64,000 nt of DNA. Origin: an uncultured Acidobacteriota bacterium. GTDB taxonomy: Bacteria > Acidobacteriota > Thermoanaerobaculia > Multivoradales > SZUA-115. Of the stretch, positions 20,718-31,529 are shown piece after piece. The stretch lies in NCBI GenBank assembly GCA_963805975.1, contig CAWDVR010000004.1, positions 1-64,000 of the forward strand, in the 5' to 3' direction. The number at the start of each line of letters is the position of its first letter. The first letter of the stretch is position 1. The notes under the pieces are model-generated. The model was not told the origin of the DNA, did not search any database, and was given only the letters and a program-made list of their open reading frames with translations. Made by a program: the position numbers and the translations under genes.

Positions 20718-20933
20718 ATGGAGATAGACCGCATCCTCCGCCTGTCCGATCTCCTACAGGTCACCGGTATGTCGAGCGCCACCCTCTATCGATGGATCGG
20801 GGAGGGGCAATTCCCTGGGCCTTTGAAGCTGGGCCCGAACTCCGTCGGCTGGCGGGCCTCGGCGGTGCAGGCGTGGATCGACAGCCGTGAGCCGGCGGGA
20901 GTAGGGCCTGATCCGGAGACCGTAAGAAAATGA
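20718..20933 (+). CDS. alpA: AlpA-family regulator/excisionase
   Basis: RILRLSDLLQVTGMSSATLYRWI..GQFP..LGPNSVGW. Confidence 0.9.
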   Translation: MEIDRILRLSDLLQVTGMSSATLYRWIGEGQFPGPLKLGPNSVGWRASAVQAWIDSREPAGVGPDPETVRK

Positions 20934-21694
20934 GCTGGACACGCCCAAACCTCCTAGGCGCAGCGGCCATTCAATACGCCGGTCTCGGGTTCGCGGTCTT
21001 CCCGTTGCAACCGGGCGGCAAGGCGCCCAGAACGACCCACGGTCACCTGGACGCCACCACCGACCCGGCTCTCATCCGCCTCTGGTGGGAGTCGTGCCCA
21101 GGAGCCAACGTCGGCCTGGCGATCCCTATTGGCCTACTCGTCGTGGACATCGACGACCTCGATGCGTTGCTTCGCCTGAAGGCCGAAGACCGAGAGCTGC
21201 CCACGACGGCGAAGAGCCTGACCGGGCGGGGCTTCCATCTCTTCTATCGCACCGCAGAGGAGATCCGCAACGCTGTGAGCCTCTTTCCCGGCGTCGACCT
21301 CCGAGGCGTGGGTGGGTACGTAGTCGTTCCGCCGTCGGTCCATCCCTCGGGTATCCGCTACCAGTGGGAGGAGCCCCTCACGGAGTCGAGCGTCGCCGAG
21401 GCACCGGCCTGGCTGGTCGAAGCCGCGCTCGAGCGGAGCAGGCCGCGGGCCCGCCCTCCCGAGGAGTGGCGGGCGCTGGTCTCCCGGGGGGTGACGGAGG
21501 GCGGCCGCAACAACGCCGTTGCCACACTGGCCGGGCATCTGCTGCGCCGGGACGTCGATCCCTGGGTTGTGCTGGGCCTGCTGCTTTGCTGGAACGCGAC
21601 CCGGTGCCGGCCACCCCTCTCCGAGGCGGAGGTTACCCGTACCCTGGACAGCATCGCGGGGCGAGAAGTCCGCCGGAGGGAGCACTGTGCCTAG
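20930..21694 (+). CDS. Bifunctional primase-polymerase with PriCT-1 domain
   Basis: VFPL..GGKAP, ATTD, VVDID, TGRGFHLFY, DLRGVGGYVVVPPSVH, EGGRNN, PPLSEAEV. Confidence 0.9.
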   Translation: MSWTRPNLLGAAAIQYAGLGFAVFPLQPGGKAPRTTHGHLDATTDPALIRLWWESCPGANVGLAIPIGLLVVDIDDLDALLRLKAEDRELPTTAKSLTGRGFHLFYRTAEEIRNAVSLFPGVDLRGVGGYVVVPPSVHPSGIRYQWEEPLTESSVAEAPAWLVEAALERSRPRARPPEEWRALVSRGVTEGGRNNAVATLAGHLLRRDVDPWVVLGLLLCWNATRCRPPLSEAEVTRTLDSIAGREVRRREHCA

Positions 21695-23048
21695 GCCCTC
21701 CAATCTCGCGACCCTGGCGGCTCTCCAGGCCCAGGGCCCAGCAGAGGTTCCCCCCGTCATCACGCCGGCTTGGCCGAAGCTCGCCCCGGAAGCGATGCAT
21801 GGCCTCGCAGGGCAATTCGTCACGGCCATCGAGCCTCACACGGAAGCCGATTCCGTGGCGATCCTGGTCCAGTTCCTTTTGCTCTACGGCAACGTAATCG
21901 GCCGCAAGGCCCACTTCGTGGTGGAGGCGGACAAGCACCATCTCAACCTTTTCGCCATCCTGGTTGGAGAAACCTCGAAAGGCAGGAAGGGGACTTCTCT
22001 CGGCCAGGCTCAGCGCCTCTTCGAGAGCATCGACAAACCGTGGTCCGAGACCCGGATCGAGTCGGGTCTTTCAAGTGGAGGAGGCCTCATCTGGGTCGTC
22101 CGCGATCCCATCGAGAAGCTGGAGCGTGTCAAGCAGGGAAGCCAGGGCACCCGGTACGAGACCGTTCTCGTCGACCCCGGCATCGACGACAAACGGCTCG
22201 TCGTGGTCGAGGCCGAGTTCGCCTCCACCTTGCGGGTGCTGGCGCGGGATGGCAGTACCCTGTCGCCGATCATCCGCAAGGCCTGGGACACCGGAAGTCT
22301 CAGCTCGTTGACCAAGAACACTCCTGCGCGGGCGACCGGCGCTCACGTCTCCGTCATCGGTCACGTAACTCGCCAGGAATTGCTCCGCTACTTGACCTCT
22401 ACCGAAGCCGGCAACGGTTTTGGAAATCGGTTCTTGTGGGTCTGCGTCAAGCGGTCGAAGTGCCTCCCGGAAGGAGGGAGGTCAGACACGCTGGACCTCA
22501 GCGCTCTGAGCCGGGAGCTTCACGAAGCCGTGAGGTTCGGCAGGGCGACGGACGAGATGTGTCGGAATGACGAGGCACGTGAAGTCTGGGCGGAGGTCTA
22601 CGAGGAGCTGTCCGAGGGCAAACCGGGCTTACTGGGCTCGATGATCGCCCGCGCCGAGGCGCAGACGATGCGCCTGGCCTGCATCTATGCGCTTCTGGAC
22701 CGATCCGGCCTGGTTCGGAGGGAGCACCTCCTGGCAGGGCTCGCGCTCTGGGACTACTGCGAGGCCTCGGCTCGGTACATCTTCGGCGACACCCTCGGCA
22801 GTCCGGTGGCGGACGAGATCCTGCAGGCACTGACGGAGGCTCCTCAGGGGATGACCCGAACAGAGATCCGGAACCACTTTGGGCGCAATCGCGGGGCTCC
22901 GGAGGTGAACCACGCTCTCGGTCTGCTCTCCGAGAAGCACCTCGCCGAATCGCGCAAGGAAGAGACAGGGGGCCGGCCTGTGGAGCGTTGGTTTGCCTCG
23001 GCGATGGCCAAAGACGAAGCCGACCGAAACGAGCGGAGGAGGAACTGA
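21687..23048 (+). CDS. DUF3987-family replication helicase/ATPase
   Basis: TEAD, LVGETSKGRKGT, GLSSGGGL, GNGFGNRFL, and a C-terminal winged helix with GGRP. Confidence 0.8.
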   Translation: MPRPSNLATLAALQAQGPAEVPPVITPAWPKLAPEAMHGLAGQFVTAIEPHTEADSVAILVQFLLLYGNVIGRKAHFVVEADKHHLNLFAILVGETSKGRKGTSLGQAQRLFESIDKPWSETRIESGLSSGGGLIWVVRDPIEKLERVKQGSQGTRYETVLVDPGIDDKRLVVVEAEFASTLRVLARDGSTLSPIIRKAWDTGSLSSLTKNTPARATGAHVSVIGHVTRQELLRYLTSTEAGNGFGNRFLWVCVKRSKCLPEGGRSDTLDLSALSRELHEAVRFGRATDEMCRNDEAREVWAEVYEELSEGKPGLLGSMIARAEAQTMRLACIYALLDRSGLVRREHLLAGLALWDYCEASARYIFGDTLGSPVADEILQALTEAPQGMTRTEIRNHFGRNRGAPEVNHALGLLSEKHLAESRKEETGGRPVERWFASAMAKDEADRNERRRN

Positions 23049-23233
23049 GCAGGGCTTCTCGCGTTTCTGTCGTTTTTCGCGTAACCCCAGTCTGGAGACC
23101 AAGGACATGAAGACCACTCAAACACGAGGGAGTAAGGAGCCAACCGGGCGGGTAAGGAATAGACCTACGACCGAAACGACAAATACGACCAAAGGGGACC
23201 CGTCCCGTCGTGGTCGGCTGCCGCGAGATTGAG

Positions 23234-23485
23234 ATGAGCTACCTTGAGAAGGCAAAGCGAGTCGTCGCCGTCTCGGCCCTATTCGCCGGGCGGCCTGAGT
23301 GTTCGGACTGCCAGGGACTGGCGGCCAAGGGGGTCACCGTCCTGCGGTGCCTCCGCTGTGGGTACAGGGCCAGCAAGCCCTGCCACCACCCGACCTCAGC
23401 GCACCTCGTCCGTTCTCTGGCCCGCTCCCGCGATCGGGTTGCCCTTCAGCTTCGCCTAGCTCTGACGGAGGCCGGCGATGCCTGA
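23234..23485 (+). CDS. Small Cys-rich (zinc-finger-like) protein
   Basis: Two CxxC pairs; translationally coupled to the next gene. Confidence 0.5.
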   Translation: MSYLEKAKRVVAVSALFAGRPECSDCQGLAAKGVTVLRCLRCGYRASKPCHHPTSAHLVRSLARSRDRVALQLRLALTEAGDA

Positions 23486-24053
23486 CGAACGTCTCGAGCT
23501 CCGCTACGTACCCCTCTCCCAGGCTCGTCGCTGGGACGAGAACCCCAAGCGCCACGACCTCCCGGCGCTCACCCGCTCGATCGAGAACTACGGTTTCGGC
23601 GACCCGCCGAAGTTTGACGCCACGCTCGAAGCGTTGGTCTACGGCAATGGTCGCACCGAGGCCCTGGAGGTCATGCGGAGGGATGGCAAGGAGCCGCCGC
23701 GCGGGATCGGCGTCCTCGAGAGCGGGGAGTGGGCCATTCCAGTGATTTTCGGCGTCGACGCCAAGAGCCGCGCTCAGGCCGTCGCCTTTGCGATCGATCA
23801 CAATAATTTGACGTTGCTGGGTGGGAGTCTCAAGCTCGAAGACGTGCTCGCGATCTGGGACGAAGAGGGATTGAAGCGTGTTCTGGAGGAACTACCGGAC
23901 GCCGGTGCGCTGCTTGCCAGCATGGACGGCGCCGACCTCGACAGCCTGCTCTCGGGCCCGAAGTTTGATCCCATCGGCGGCGACGAGCAGCCCCGGCTCG
24001 ACGAGAAAAAGCTGGTCACCTGCCCGGAGTGCGGGCACGAGTTCAAGCGATGA
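23478..24053 (+). CDS. ParB/Srx-like nuclease-domain protein with a C-terminal zinc ribbon
   Basis: NPKRHD, SIENYGFGDP, GNGRTEAL, IDHN, CPECGHEF. Confidence 0.75.
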   Translation: MPDERLELRYVPLSQARRWDENPKRHDLPALTRSIENYGFGDPPKFDATLEALVYGNGRTEALEVMRRDGKEPPRGIGVLESGEWAIPVIFGVDAKSRAQAVAFAIDHNNLTLLGGSLKLEDVLAIWDEEGLKRVLEELPDAGALLASMDGADLDSLLSGPKFDPIGGDEQPRLDEKKLVTCPECGHEFKR

Positions 24054-24751
24054 ACACCCTGCACCTCGACTTCTGCTCACACGAGGCCGCCAAGCACGCG
24101 GTCATGCGTTGGCACTATTCGAGGCAGATGCCTAAGTGCAAGCTCGTCAAGGTGGGCGTCTGGGAAGAGAAACGCTTCGTCGGCGTCATCATCTTCGGGC
24201 TCGGCGCCAACCGCCATCTGGCCAGTCCGTTCGGTCTCCAGAGCACCGAGGTCGCGGAGCTGGTGCGCGTCGCCCTCGCATCGGGCCGAGCGCACCCGAC
24301 CTCGAAGTGTGTCGCGATCTCGCTCAAGCTGCTCCGCCGTCAGTCGCCGGGCTTGAAGCTGGTGGTCTCCTACGCCGACCGCGGGCAAGGCCACGTTGGC
24401 ACGATCTACCAGGCCGGCGGCTGGCTCTACCTGGGCGCGAGCGAGCAGGCCTACCTCAAGGTCAAGGGCAAGATCGAGCACCCACGGACGCTTTACGACC
24501 GCTACGGACGCCAGGGCCAGTCCATCCCATGGCTCCGCCTGCACGTGGACCCACGCGCTGAGCGCGTCCCCATGGCACCCAAGCTCAAGTACGTCATGCC
24601 CCTTGAGCCGGCGATCCGACGCCAGCTCGAAACGCAGGCAAAGCCCTATCCGAAACACGCGGCCGAAGTGACACGTAGCGACACGCCCGGTGTCCAGCCG
24701 GGAGAGGGGGGTGCGACGCCCACCCGGCCGCTCCATTCGGAAAGCCCATGA
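24050..24751 (+). CDS. Mom-like (GNAT-fold) DNA modification protein
   Basis: WHYS, ELVRVAL, VVSYADRGQGHVGTIYQAGGWLYLG resemble phage Mu Mom homologues. Confidence 0.8.
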   Translation: MNTLHLDFCSHEAAKHAVMRWHYSRQMPKCKLVKVGVWEEKRFVGVIIFGLGANRHLASPFGLQSTEVAELVRVALASGRAHPTSKCVAISLKLLRRQSPGLKLVVSYADRGQGHVGTIYQAGGWLYLGASEQAYLKVKGKIEHPRTLYDRYGRQGQSIPWLRLHVDPRAERVPMAPKLKYVMPLEPAIRRQLETQAKPYPKHAAEVTRSDTPGVQPGEGGATPTRPLHSESP

Positions 24752-25215
24752 TCGAAGCGAACGGCCCCGGCCGCCCCTCCAAGCTCACCCCGAAGGTGCA
24801 AGAGACGATCGTTGCTGTGATCCGTGCGGGCAATTACTCCTCCGTGGCAGCGGAGTACGCCGGCATCGGGCGGTCCACGTTCTACCACTGGCTGGAGCTC
24901 GGCGAGGAGCAGGAGTCCGGCTGTTATCGGGAATTCCTGGACGCGGTGCGAGGCGCGGAGAGCGAGGCTGAGATTCGAGCCGTCGCCACGATTCAAAGGC
25001 ATATGCCGAAGAGCTGGCAAGCGGCGATGGCCTACCTCGAGCGCAAATTTCCGCACAGGTGGGGGCGGCGGGTGGACGTGACCACGGCCGGGGAGCCGAT
25101 GGGGACGATCCGCCTAACCGTCCTGGACCCGAAGACGGGAGAGGAGGCTGAGATGCGCCTGCCCCCGTTGGGCCCCGGCAAACCCTACAGGAGAGACGAG
25201 CAGGCATCGCGGTGA
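24748..25215 (+). CDS. Terminase small subunit-like HTH protein
   Basis: GRPSKLTP, AAEYAGIGRSTFYHW, WQAAMAYLERKFP..WG. Confidence 0.7.
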   Translation: MIEANGPGRPSKLTPKVQETIVAVIRAGNYSSVAAEYAGIGRSTFYHWLELGEEQESGCYREFLDAVRGAESEAEIRAVATIQRHMPKSWQAAMAYLERKFPHRWGRRVDVTTAGEPMGTIRLTVLDPKTGEEAEMRLPPLGPGKPYRRDEQASR

Positions 25216-25259
25216 GGCAGGCGGGTTCGGACCGGGTCCCTCGTCGTTCTCCTCGGCGC

Positions 25260-26085
25260 CCCAGAAGGCGGCCAGCTCACCTGGGACGAGCGCGAGCAGG
25301 AGCACGCCTGCTCCTTCGGCGGAGTCTCCGGCCTCAGGGTCTTGCGCGCCGACGCCGAGAAGGTGCTCTACGACGAGACAACCCCTGAATGGGTGGAGGT
25401 GTCCGAGAAGGCCCGGAGCACTTGGTCCCACCTCGGCGTGATGGACTTCGGGAGTGGCCCCTCCTGGACCGTGTTCACTCTCTTCCTGCTCGACTGGCAG
25501 CGAGACGACGCAATCCCCTCGGCCTGGGTGGACCTGTGCCTGATCTGGCAATCGGAGCCAGTGGACACGATCGCCGAGGAGATCAAGGCCGCCCTGGGCG
25601 AGTACGGTGCTGGCCGCCGCTGGCTCGTCGGTGACCCGGCCGGCGTCAACCGCGAGAGCAACCAGGAGTCTTGGATCTCCAACCTCAACCGCTGCGGGGT
25701 GCCAGTCGCGGCGCTCGATCCCTGGTACAACTCGGACTACGGGATTCGCAAGACCCTGGAGGACTTCCAGCAGCTCCTCGACATGGGCAAGCTCCGCGTC
25801 CATCGGAAGCGGGCGGGCATCTTCTGGGATGCCATCGAGGGCTGGCAGTTCAAGGCGCCGGAAGGCGTACCGCTCCAGCTCCTCGAGCTCGCGAGGCTCA
25901 GATCCCGCAAGGACCGGCACTCCCACCCTGGGGAGATCGGGCGCTACGGTTCCGGTGCGATCCGACGGCTGCTACGGCGACCGGGGACCAGGAGTGACGA
26001 CGGTGCACAGATCCTGTCGCGGCTGCTGCTTACCAAGAGATCGGGCTTCCATCGGCTGCCCGCCAGAAACGTGGGTTGGCCGTGA
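25260..26085 (+). pseudogene. Terminase large subunit nuclease domain; ATPase domain missing
   Basis: REQEHACSF linker, GVMDFG, GDPAG, KDRHSH..GRY. No Walker motifs upstream. Confidence 0.6.
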
Positions 26086-26306
26086 GATCGGGCAAGTTCA
26101 CCCGCCAGCCCTACCGGCAGGCTGGCCTCGGCGGAGCTGAGCAAGGGGAAGGAACTCCTCAACAGCCTCGGCCCCGGTTGCTGCTACGCTGGCGCGGTAG
26201 CGTGGTACCCATCGAGATCTGTCCGGACCTAGCCCAGGTAGACGACACGACGGACCCTGGACGCCACTGCGCTCCACGGTAAGCTTGGCTTCGAGGGAGG
26301 TTGGCC

Positions 26307-27197
26307 ATGACCCGCAAGACCGCTCACGACTACGACCAGGAGCTGCTCGCTCTGTTCGACGCCTACGTGCATGGTGACATCGACCGGCGAAAGTTCCTCG
26401 AGCGGGCGGCGAAGTTCGCCGTGGGCGGTGTGACCGCGGCCATGCTGCTCGACCAGCTGTCGCCCGACTTCGCCGCCGCGCAGGTCCTCCCTCCCGACGA
26501 CAAGCGCCTGGCCGCCGCCCGCGTCGAGATCCGCTCGGCCGCTGGCAACGGCACGGTGCGCGCGTACCACGTGCGGCCGGCCGAGGCGAAGGACAAGCTC
26601 CCCGGCGTGCTCGTCATCCATGAGAACCGCGGCCTGAACCCGCACATCGAGGACGTCACGCGCCGCTTCGCGCTCGCCGGCTTCGCGGCGCTCGCGCCCG
26701 ACGCACTGACCTCGCTCGGCGGCTATCCCGGCAATGAGGACGAGGCGCGCGCCACCTTCCAGAAGCTCGACACGGAGAAGACGCGCGCCGACTTCGTCGC
26801 TGCCTTCGAGTGGCTCGGGGCGAGCGATCGGTCGACGGGCCGGGTCGGTGCGGTCGGCTTCTGCTGGGGAGGGGGGATGGTCAACTGGCTCGCCACCCAG
26901 CGCGCCGACCTCGGTGCGGGCGTGCCCTTCTATGGCAGCGCACCCGACCCGGCGGAGGTGAAGAAGATCAAGGCGCCGCTTCTCATCCAGTCGGCCGAGG
27001 TCGATCCGCGCATCAACGAGAGCTGGCCGGCGTTCGAGGCGGCGTTGAGGGCCGCCGGGGTCCCCTTCGAGCGCCACCTCTACCCGGGCACTCAGCACGG
27101 ATTCCACAACGACACTACGCCACGCTACGACGAGAAGGCAGCGAAGCTCGCCTGGGAGCGGACGACCGCCTGCCTCGACCGTCACCTGCACGGCTGA
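26307..27197 (+). CDS. Dienelactone hydrolase family protein (YghX-like)
   Basis: FDAYVHGDIDRRKFL, HENRGLNPHIEDV, GFCWGG, HGFHNDTTPRY. Confidence 0.95.
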   Translation: MTRKTAHDYDQELLALFDAYVHGDIDRRKFLERAAKFAVGGVTAAMLLDQLSPDFAAAQVLPPDDKRLAAARVEIRSAAGNGTVRAYHVRPAEAKDKLPGVLVIHENRGLNPHIEDVTRRFALAGFAALAPDALTSLGGYPGNEDEARATFQKLDTEKTRADFVAAFEWLGASDRSTGRVGAVGFCWGGGMVNWLATQRADLGAGVPFYGSAPDPAEVKKIKAPLLIQSAEVDPRINESWPAFEAALRAAGVPFERHLYPGTQHGFHNDTTPRYDEKAAKLAWERTTACLDRHLHG

Positions 27198-27632
27198 CCC
27201 CAGCCACGCGAATCCTCGCGTCGTCATAGAGCGGCGCGGCGGACACGGCGCTCGCCTGTGACGTCGCCGGCGCAGCGACGACCTGCGCGAACACCGCCGA
27301 CACGGTGTCGTTCCCTGACGGCGACCTGCTCTCCGCCCGTTACACCGAAACCGGGTCGGTCCCCGGCCGCGTCCGCTTCGGTTCGAGTATCGCTCGCCGT
27401 AGGGTCGTCGGTGCTGCTCAGCTCCGTCCGCGGCAGAGCTGAGCAGCGCTCGCGTGAAGGCTGCCGCTACAACACTATGCCGTCGTTTGCGCGAGTGGTG
27501 TCCGCTCCGAGAGCGAGAACCCGCACAACGCCGGAGCGCGGTGAGGCTGAAGCGCGGCTTCGAAAGGCCGCCGGCTGCTTAGGATTCGCGGCCGACTGAA
27601 CTGGTCGGGCCAGCTCTGACTGTAAGGATGGT

Positions 27633-27660
27633 GGGTCAGGGGTCAGGGGTCAGGGGTCAG
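27633..27660 (+). repeat. Tandem heptamer (GGGTCAG)4
   Basis: Seen directly in intergenic DNA. Confidence 0.9.
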
Positions 27661-27814
27661 GACCAGCGCAACCATCCACCCGAGGAAGAGCGGCAAGGAC
27701 AATCCCAGACTGCTCCGGAGAGAGCCACGCGAGTTCATCACTCCGTTCGCCTCTGCGCGCTTCTGCGCTTCAGGCTAGTTCCAGACTGAAAACCACTTGG
27801 TGATTGCGGGCTCT

Positions 27815-29703
27815 CTACTCCATCCTTCCTCTGAAACTATTCCGTCGCTTAAGCGGAATCACACCTCCATCGACAGATAAGCTGAACCGCGCCGATCCCA
27901 GGGCACGCCTTGCAAGCTGAATCTTGTCCGTGAGTGACAGCCAGCTATAGATGGCCTCGAAGTCCCTACCTTCCAGCTCTATGCGAACATTTGGTCGGCT
28001 GAGGTATTCCAGTGCAGGCGCCGTGAAGGAACTCGTTGTGGCGACTATACCGAGCGTACCTCCATCACCGTGGAGAACTCCGTGCAGCCGCTGCACAATC
28101 GCGATACCAACCTTGTTCTCCTGCGAGTAGCGCTTGCACTCAATGAGATACCGTATGGAAGTAGGAGAGTGAGATACGGCAATTACATCGCGGCCAAGAT
28201 CGCGCGTCGGTGAGGTCACCTCTACTGCAAAGCCAAATCGTTCAAAGACAGTGGCTATCAGAATCTCGAAGTCATTCGGGTGCAGCTTGTAGAGGAGAGT
28301 CGGTTGCGCTCGAAGCCGAGAGATTAGCTCCTCGGTGATTGCGGATCGAAGCTCTAGGATGGTAGAGCCCCCTATCGGCTGATGGAGGTCAAAAGCCAGA
28401 TGTGATGCAAAGACAGATTGCGAGAATGGCGTCCGGCGGCGACTCGAGCGGGAGTACATCCTGTTGAATTTCTTGATGTCTGTCTGACGCTCACAGTAGC
28501 GGAAGGCAGCCTGAGCATCTCGCTCGATGTCTGGACCGATGGTTCGTCCTTGAAGCCGAGCTGCAGCATCAGAGTAGACAACCGCTGCTCGGGCATATCT
28601 TATGGCATCGTCATAGCTCTCTGCCCATACACACCTCACCGCGCGTCCCAGGTTATAGAGTGCCAGGCCGACTGGTTCGTTTGAACTACTGATTTTATTC
28701 TCCTCGGAAGCGTCACCTCCCAGCTCAGTCAGGAGATGGGACAGATCCAGTAGGGGATCCCCCCAACCTCGGCGACTAGTATCCTGGAGACAGACTAGGC
28801 CATTGTAAGCGCGAATTCTCAGCTCTTCTGGAAGTGTGTCGATTGCTCTGAGGACTTGGCGTGATGTGAGAGCCAGGAGACCATGCTCCGGCATGTCTGC
28901 GAGCTGCGAGATTGGAAGCACGTAAGAGACTGGAAGCTCCCGGCTCAGCAGTGCCGCCTGCCGGGCTGCCTGGTCGACTATGACAATCGACCCGTGGGTT
29001 TGCTGTCGCTCCTCATCGAAGAAGGTGCGAGAGATCATGCTAAGGTGATCCCAGCGACCTTTGACCACTCCTAACTGAAGCTTCCGTAAGTCGACGCGCT
29101 GGGCAGCTCCGACCTCCGCTGCTCTCTCTCCCAGCCTTTCGAGCGCCGCCGCAAGGGCGCAGCGCGCACTTTCGCAAGCTGCCATGGACTCGTGACCGAT
29201 GGCACAGTCCAGTGTACAAAGAACCGAGAATAGAGCGAAGACTCCTGCACTCTTCTGAAGTCCGATCTCCCAGGATTGTCAGCTGGTGACCAGGGAAGGA
29301 CAGAGTGAAGGGCGCTTTCTAGGTCAGGTTTAAGGGGACTGCCAGCCGCTGCTTTCTCTACCTCGTCAAGTACTAGAATAGCAACCCGCAGGGCATCCGG
29401 ACCTGTGTCATCGATGAACTGGAGAGTCTTGCGCGAGCATCTCGCCGCGAAGGCCACACGCGCCAAGGCGGGAAGTGCCTCGAGTTCGTATCTCTGAATG
29501 TCGGTTCGACTCCCGAGTGAGGGCCTTCGCAAGCTGAGAGCCGGGAAGGTAAACCGCGTTAACGAGGCAGGGGAACGAAGCCAGCGCCTGAGTGTTGTAG
29601 CGGCGATTCCGAGCTCTGCTGAAGCCTGGAGCAGCGAGTCGCTGTGCACAGCATAGTAGATGGCTGATGCACGCTGAGCCTCTGAGAACGGTCGGTGGGG
29701 CAT
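27815..29703 (-). CDS. HTH, helical domain and Mrr-type restriction endonuclease fusion, frameshift near 29190
   Basis: C-terminal FEILIA..F, TRDLGRDV, IECKRY, ATTSSFT. N-terminal ASAELGIAATTLRRW lies in the overlapping ORF 29071-29703. Confidence 0.75.
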
Positions 29704-30239
29704 CTCACACCAGGGCTTCAGTTCGACTCACTACGTACAGACACTATACCTCAGCGGTCGAAACTAGCGAGCCTCCCGGCAATGCTCAGACTGACTCTGC
29801 CGTGTCAGCAGACGCGAGCGGCGCCTTGTAGAGACGACCAGAGTATGGAGCTTCAAGACACCTGGCAGCGCTTCGCCTTGGCTCCGAAACTGACCCAGTT
29901 GAAGCCTCGAGAAGGCCGGCGCTCTCAACCTGGAGCCATCGGCCTCATTGGGTGTCGCTTGCAAAGCGTCAGTAGCGGCATTGGGTTTCCACCTGCAGTG
30001 TTCAGCATCTAGGCGACTAGCTCTGCTTGAAACTCGGCAGTTCCTCGCTCCCCGCTGGGGTCATTTGTATTCTGGCCGAGGCGCTATCGCCTTCGACCGG
30101 CGCTCTGCACTCCGACCCGAGGCTGCTCGCGATTGACCCCGACTCCTGCGCAGGCCTAGACTTTCGCGAGGAGCATCGGTCCATTAGGCAGGTTTGGTGG
30201 CGCATTATGTCGACGTATCGCTTGATTTCGGAGAGGCCA

Positions 30240-31487
30240 ATGAGAACGTACCTTTTCAGGTGGAACCCTCGCAAATCGCCTTGGCCTACCTTGGGAGCGG
30301 AAGTCGATCGCATTCACGGTGGAAGAGAGTTGAAGAGGCGCTGGTCTTGCGGGAACGCGAGGAGCATCTCACGGGGCGACCAAGTGTTTCTCCTGCGAAC
30401 CGGTAGCGAACCCCGGGGGATCATGGGCTCAGGTGTTGTGACGCGGCCTTCGTATCCCGACTCCCACTGGGACCCGGATCGCAAAGCTCTCGGAGACCAG
30501 GCTTACTTCGTTGACATTCGCTTCGACGCTCTGCTTCATCCCGAACGGGAAGCCCTCCTCACCCTTGAGGACATCCCAACAAGCCATCTCGTCTCCCCTT
30601 ATTGGCGCATGCGAGCATCTGGAGTCACCATCCCGCCACCAATCGCTCGCGGGCTCCGAAAGACATGGACCGCGTTTCTGGCATCTCGGCGGCGCCCGCC
30701 GAGAGAATCACGCCCGGACCGCCCCGTCGCGAGACGCTCGTCGCCCGGGAAGCTCCCGCCCGCTGTCTTCGCAGAGGCCCTCGAGACAGCCCGAACTCGG
30801 ATCACGAAAGCACAGTGGCGCATGCTGCAGGCTCACTTCCTTGCGCCAGACCACACGATCACCACTCTTGAGCTGGCTGTCGCAGCGGGATTTCGTGGCG
30901 ACAACCATAGCGCGGTGAACCTGCACTACGGGCGTCTCGGCTCTCTGCTCAGGCAGGCTTCCGACACCCTCGGCGCCCTTCAGGGGCAGCAGTCCCATGT
31001 CGTAGCAACGTTCCTCGCCCCAGTTGAGGCCCATGCTCGCTGGCGTCTACAGATGCACCGTCCGCTCTCGAAAGCACTGACTCGTCTCGGATGGTTCGCT
31101 GATGATCCTGAGGGTGCCCTACCGTCCGATACCTGGCCCAAGACGGCGACCGAGGGTGAGCTTCGGCAGCGGCTTATCTGGCACCGAAGTCGAGAGCGGA
31201 GCCTGCGGTGGGCCAAGCTCAGGCAGGCCCGCGCACTTCATCCTGAAGGACGGCTTGTCTGCCAGGTCCCAGGCTGCGCATTCGACTTTGAGGCAATGTA
31301 CGGCGAGATCGGCAGAGGCTTTGGGGAGGTTCACCATCTCCTTCCGCTTTCGGAGCCGATCCACGCTCGCGAAACCAGACTGCAAGATCTCGTCGTTGTC
31401 TGCGCCAACTGCCACCGAATGATTCATCGGGCAGGTGAGTGTCGACCCCTAGACGGCTTGATCGCGAGTCGGACCGCCTTCAGCTGA
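30240..31487 (+). CDS. EVE/PUA-like domain plus McrA-type HNH endonuclease
   Basis: YLFRWNP..W, WSCG, GDQVFL, GIMGSG; then CQVPGC.FDF..YG..EVHH, VCANCHRMIH. Confidence 0.85.
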   Translation: MRTYLFRWNPRKSPWPTLGAEVDRIHGGRELKRRWSCGNARSISRGDQVFLLRTGSEPRGIMGSGVVTRPSYPDSHWDPDRKALGDQAYFVDIRFDALLHPEREALLTLEDIPTSHLVSPYWRMRASGVTIPPPIARGLRKTWTAFLASRRRPPRESRPDRPVARRSSPGKLPPAVFAEALETARTRITKAQWRMLQAHFLAPDHTITTLELAVAAGFRGDNHSAVNLHYGRLGSLLRQASDTLGALQGQQSHVVATFLAPVEAHARWRLQMHRPLSKALTRLGWFADDPEGALPSDTWPKTATEGELRQRLIWHRSRERSLRWAKLRQARALHPEGRLVCQVPGCAFDFEAMYGEIGRGFGEVHHLLPLSEPIHARETRLQDLVVVCANCHRMIHRAGECRPLDGLIASRTAFS

Positions 31488-31529
31488 TGCGGTACGCGGC
31501 GTAGCTGGACCTACAATTGCCGCAGGCCG

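Noticed and set aside
18044-26085. Complete prophage
   Set aside because: No portal, capsid, tail or lysis genes, and terL is partial.
27480-27600. Possible attC after the dienelactone hydrolase
   Set aside because: No complementary R''/R' pair with proper L boxes.
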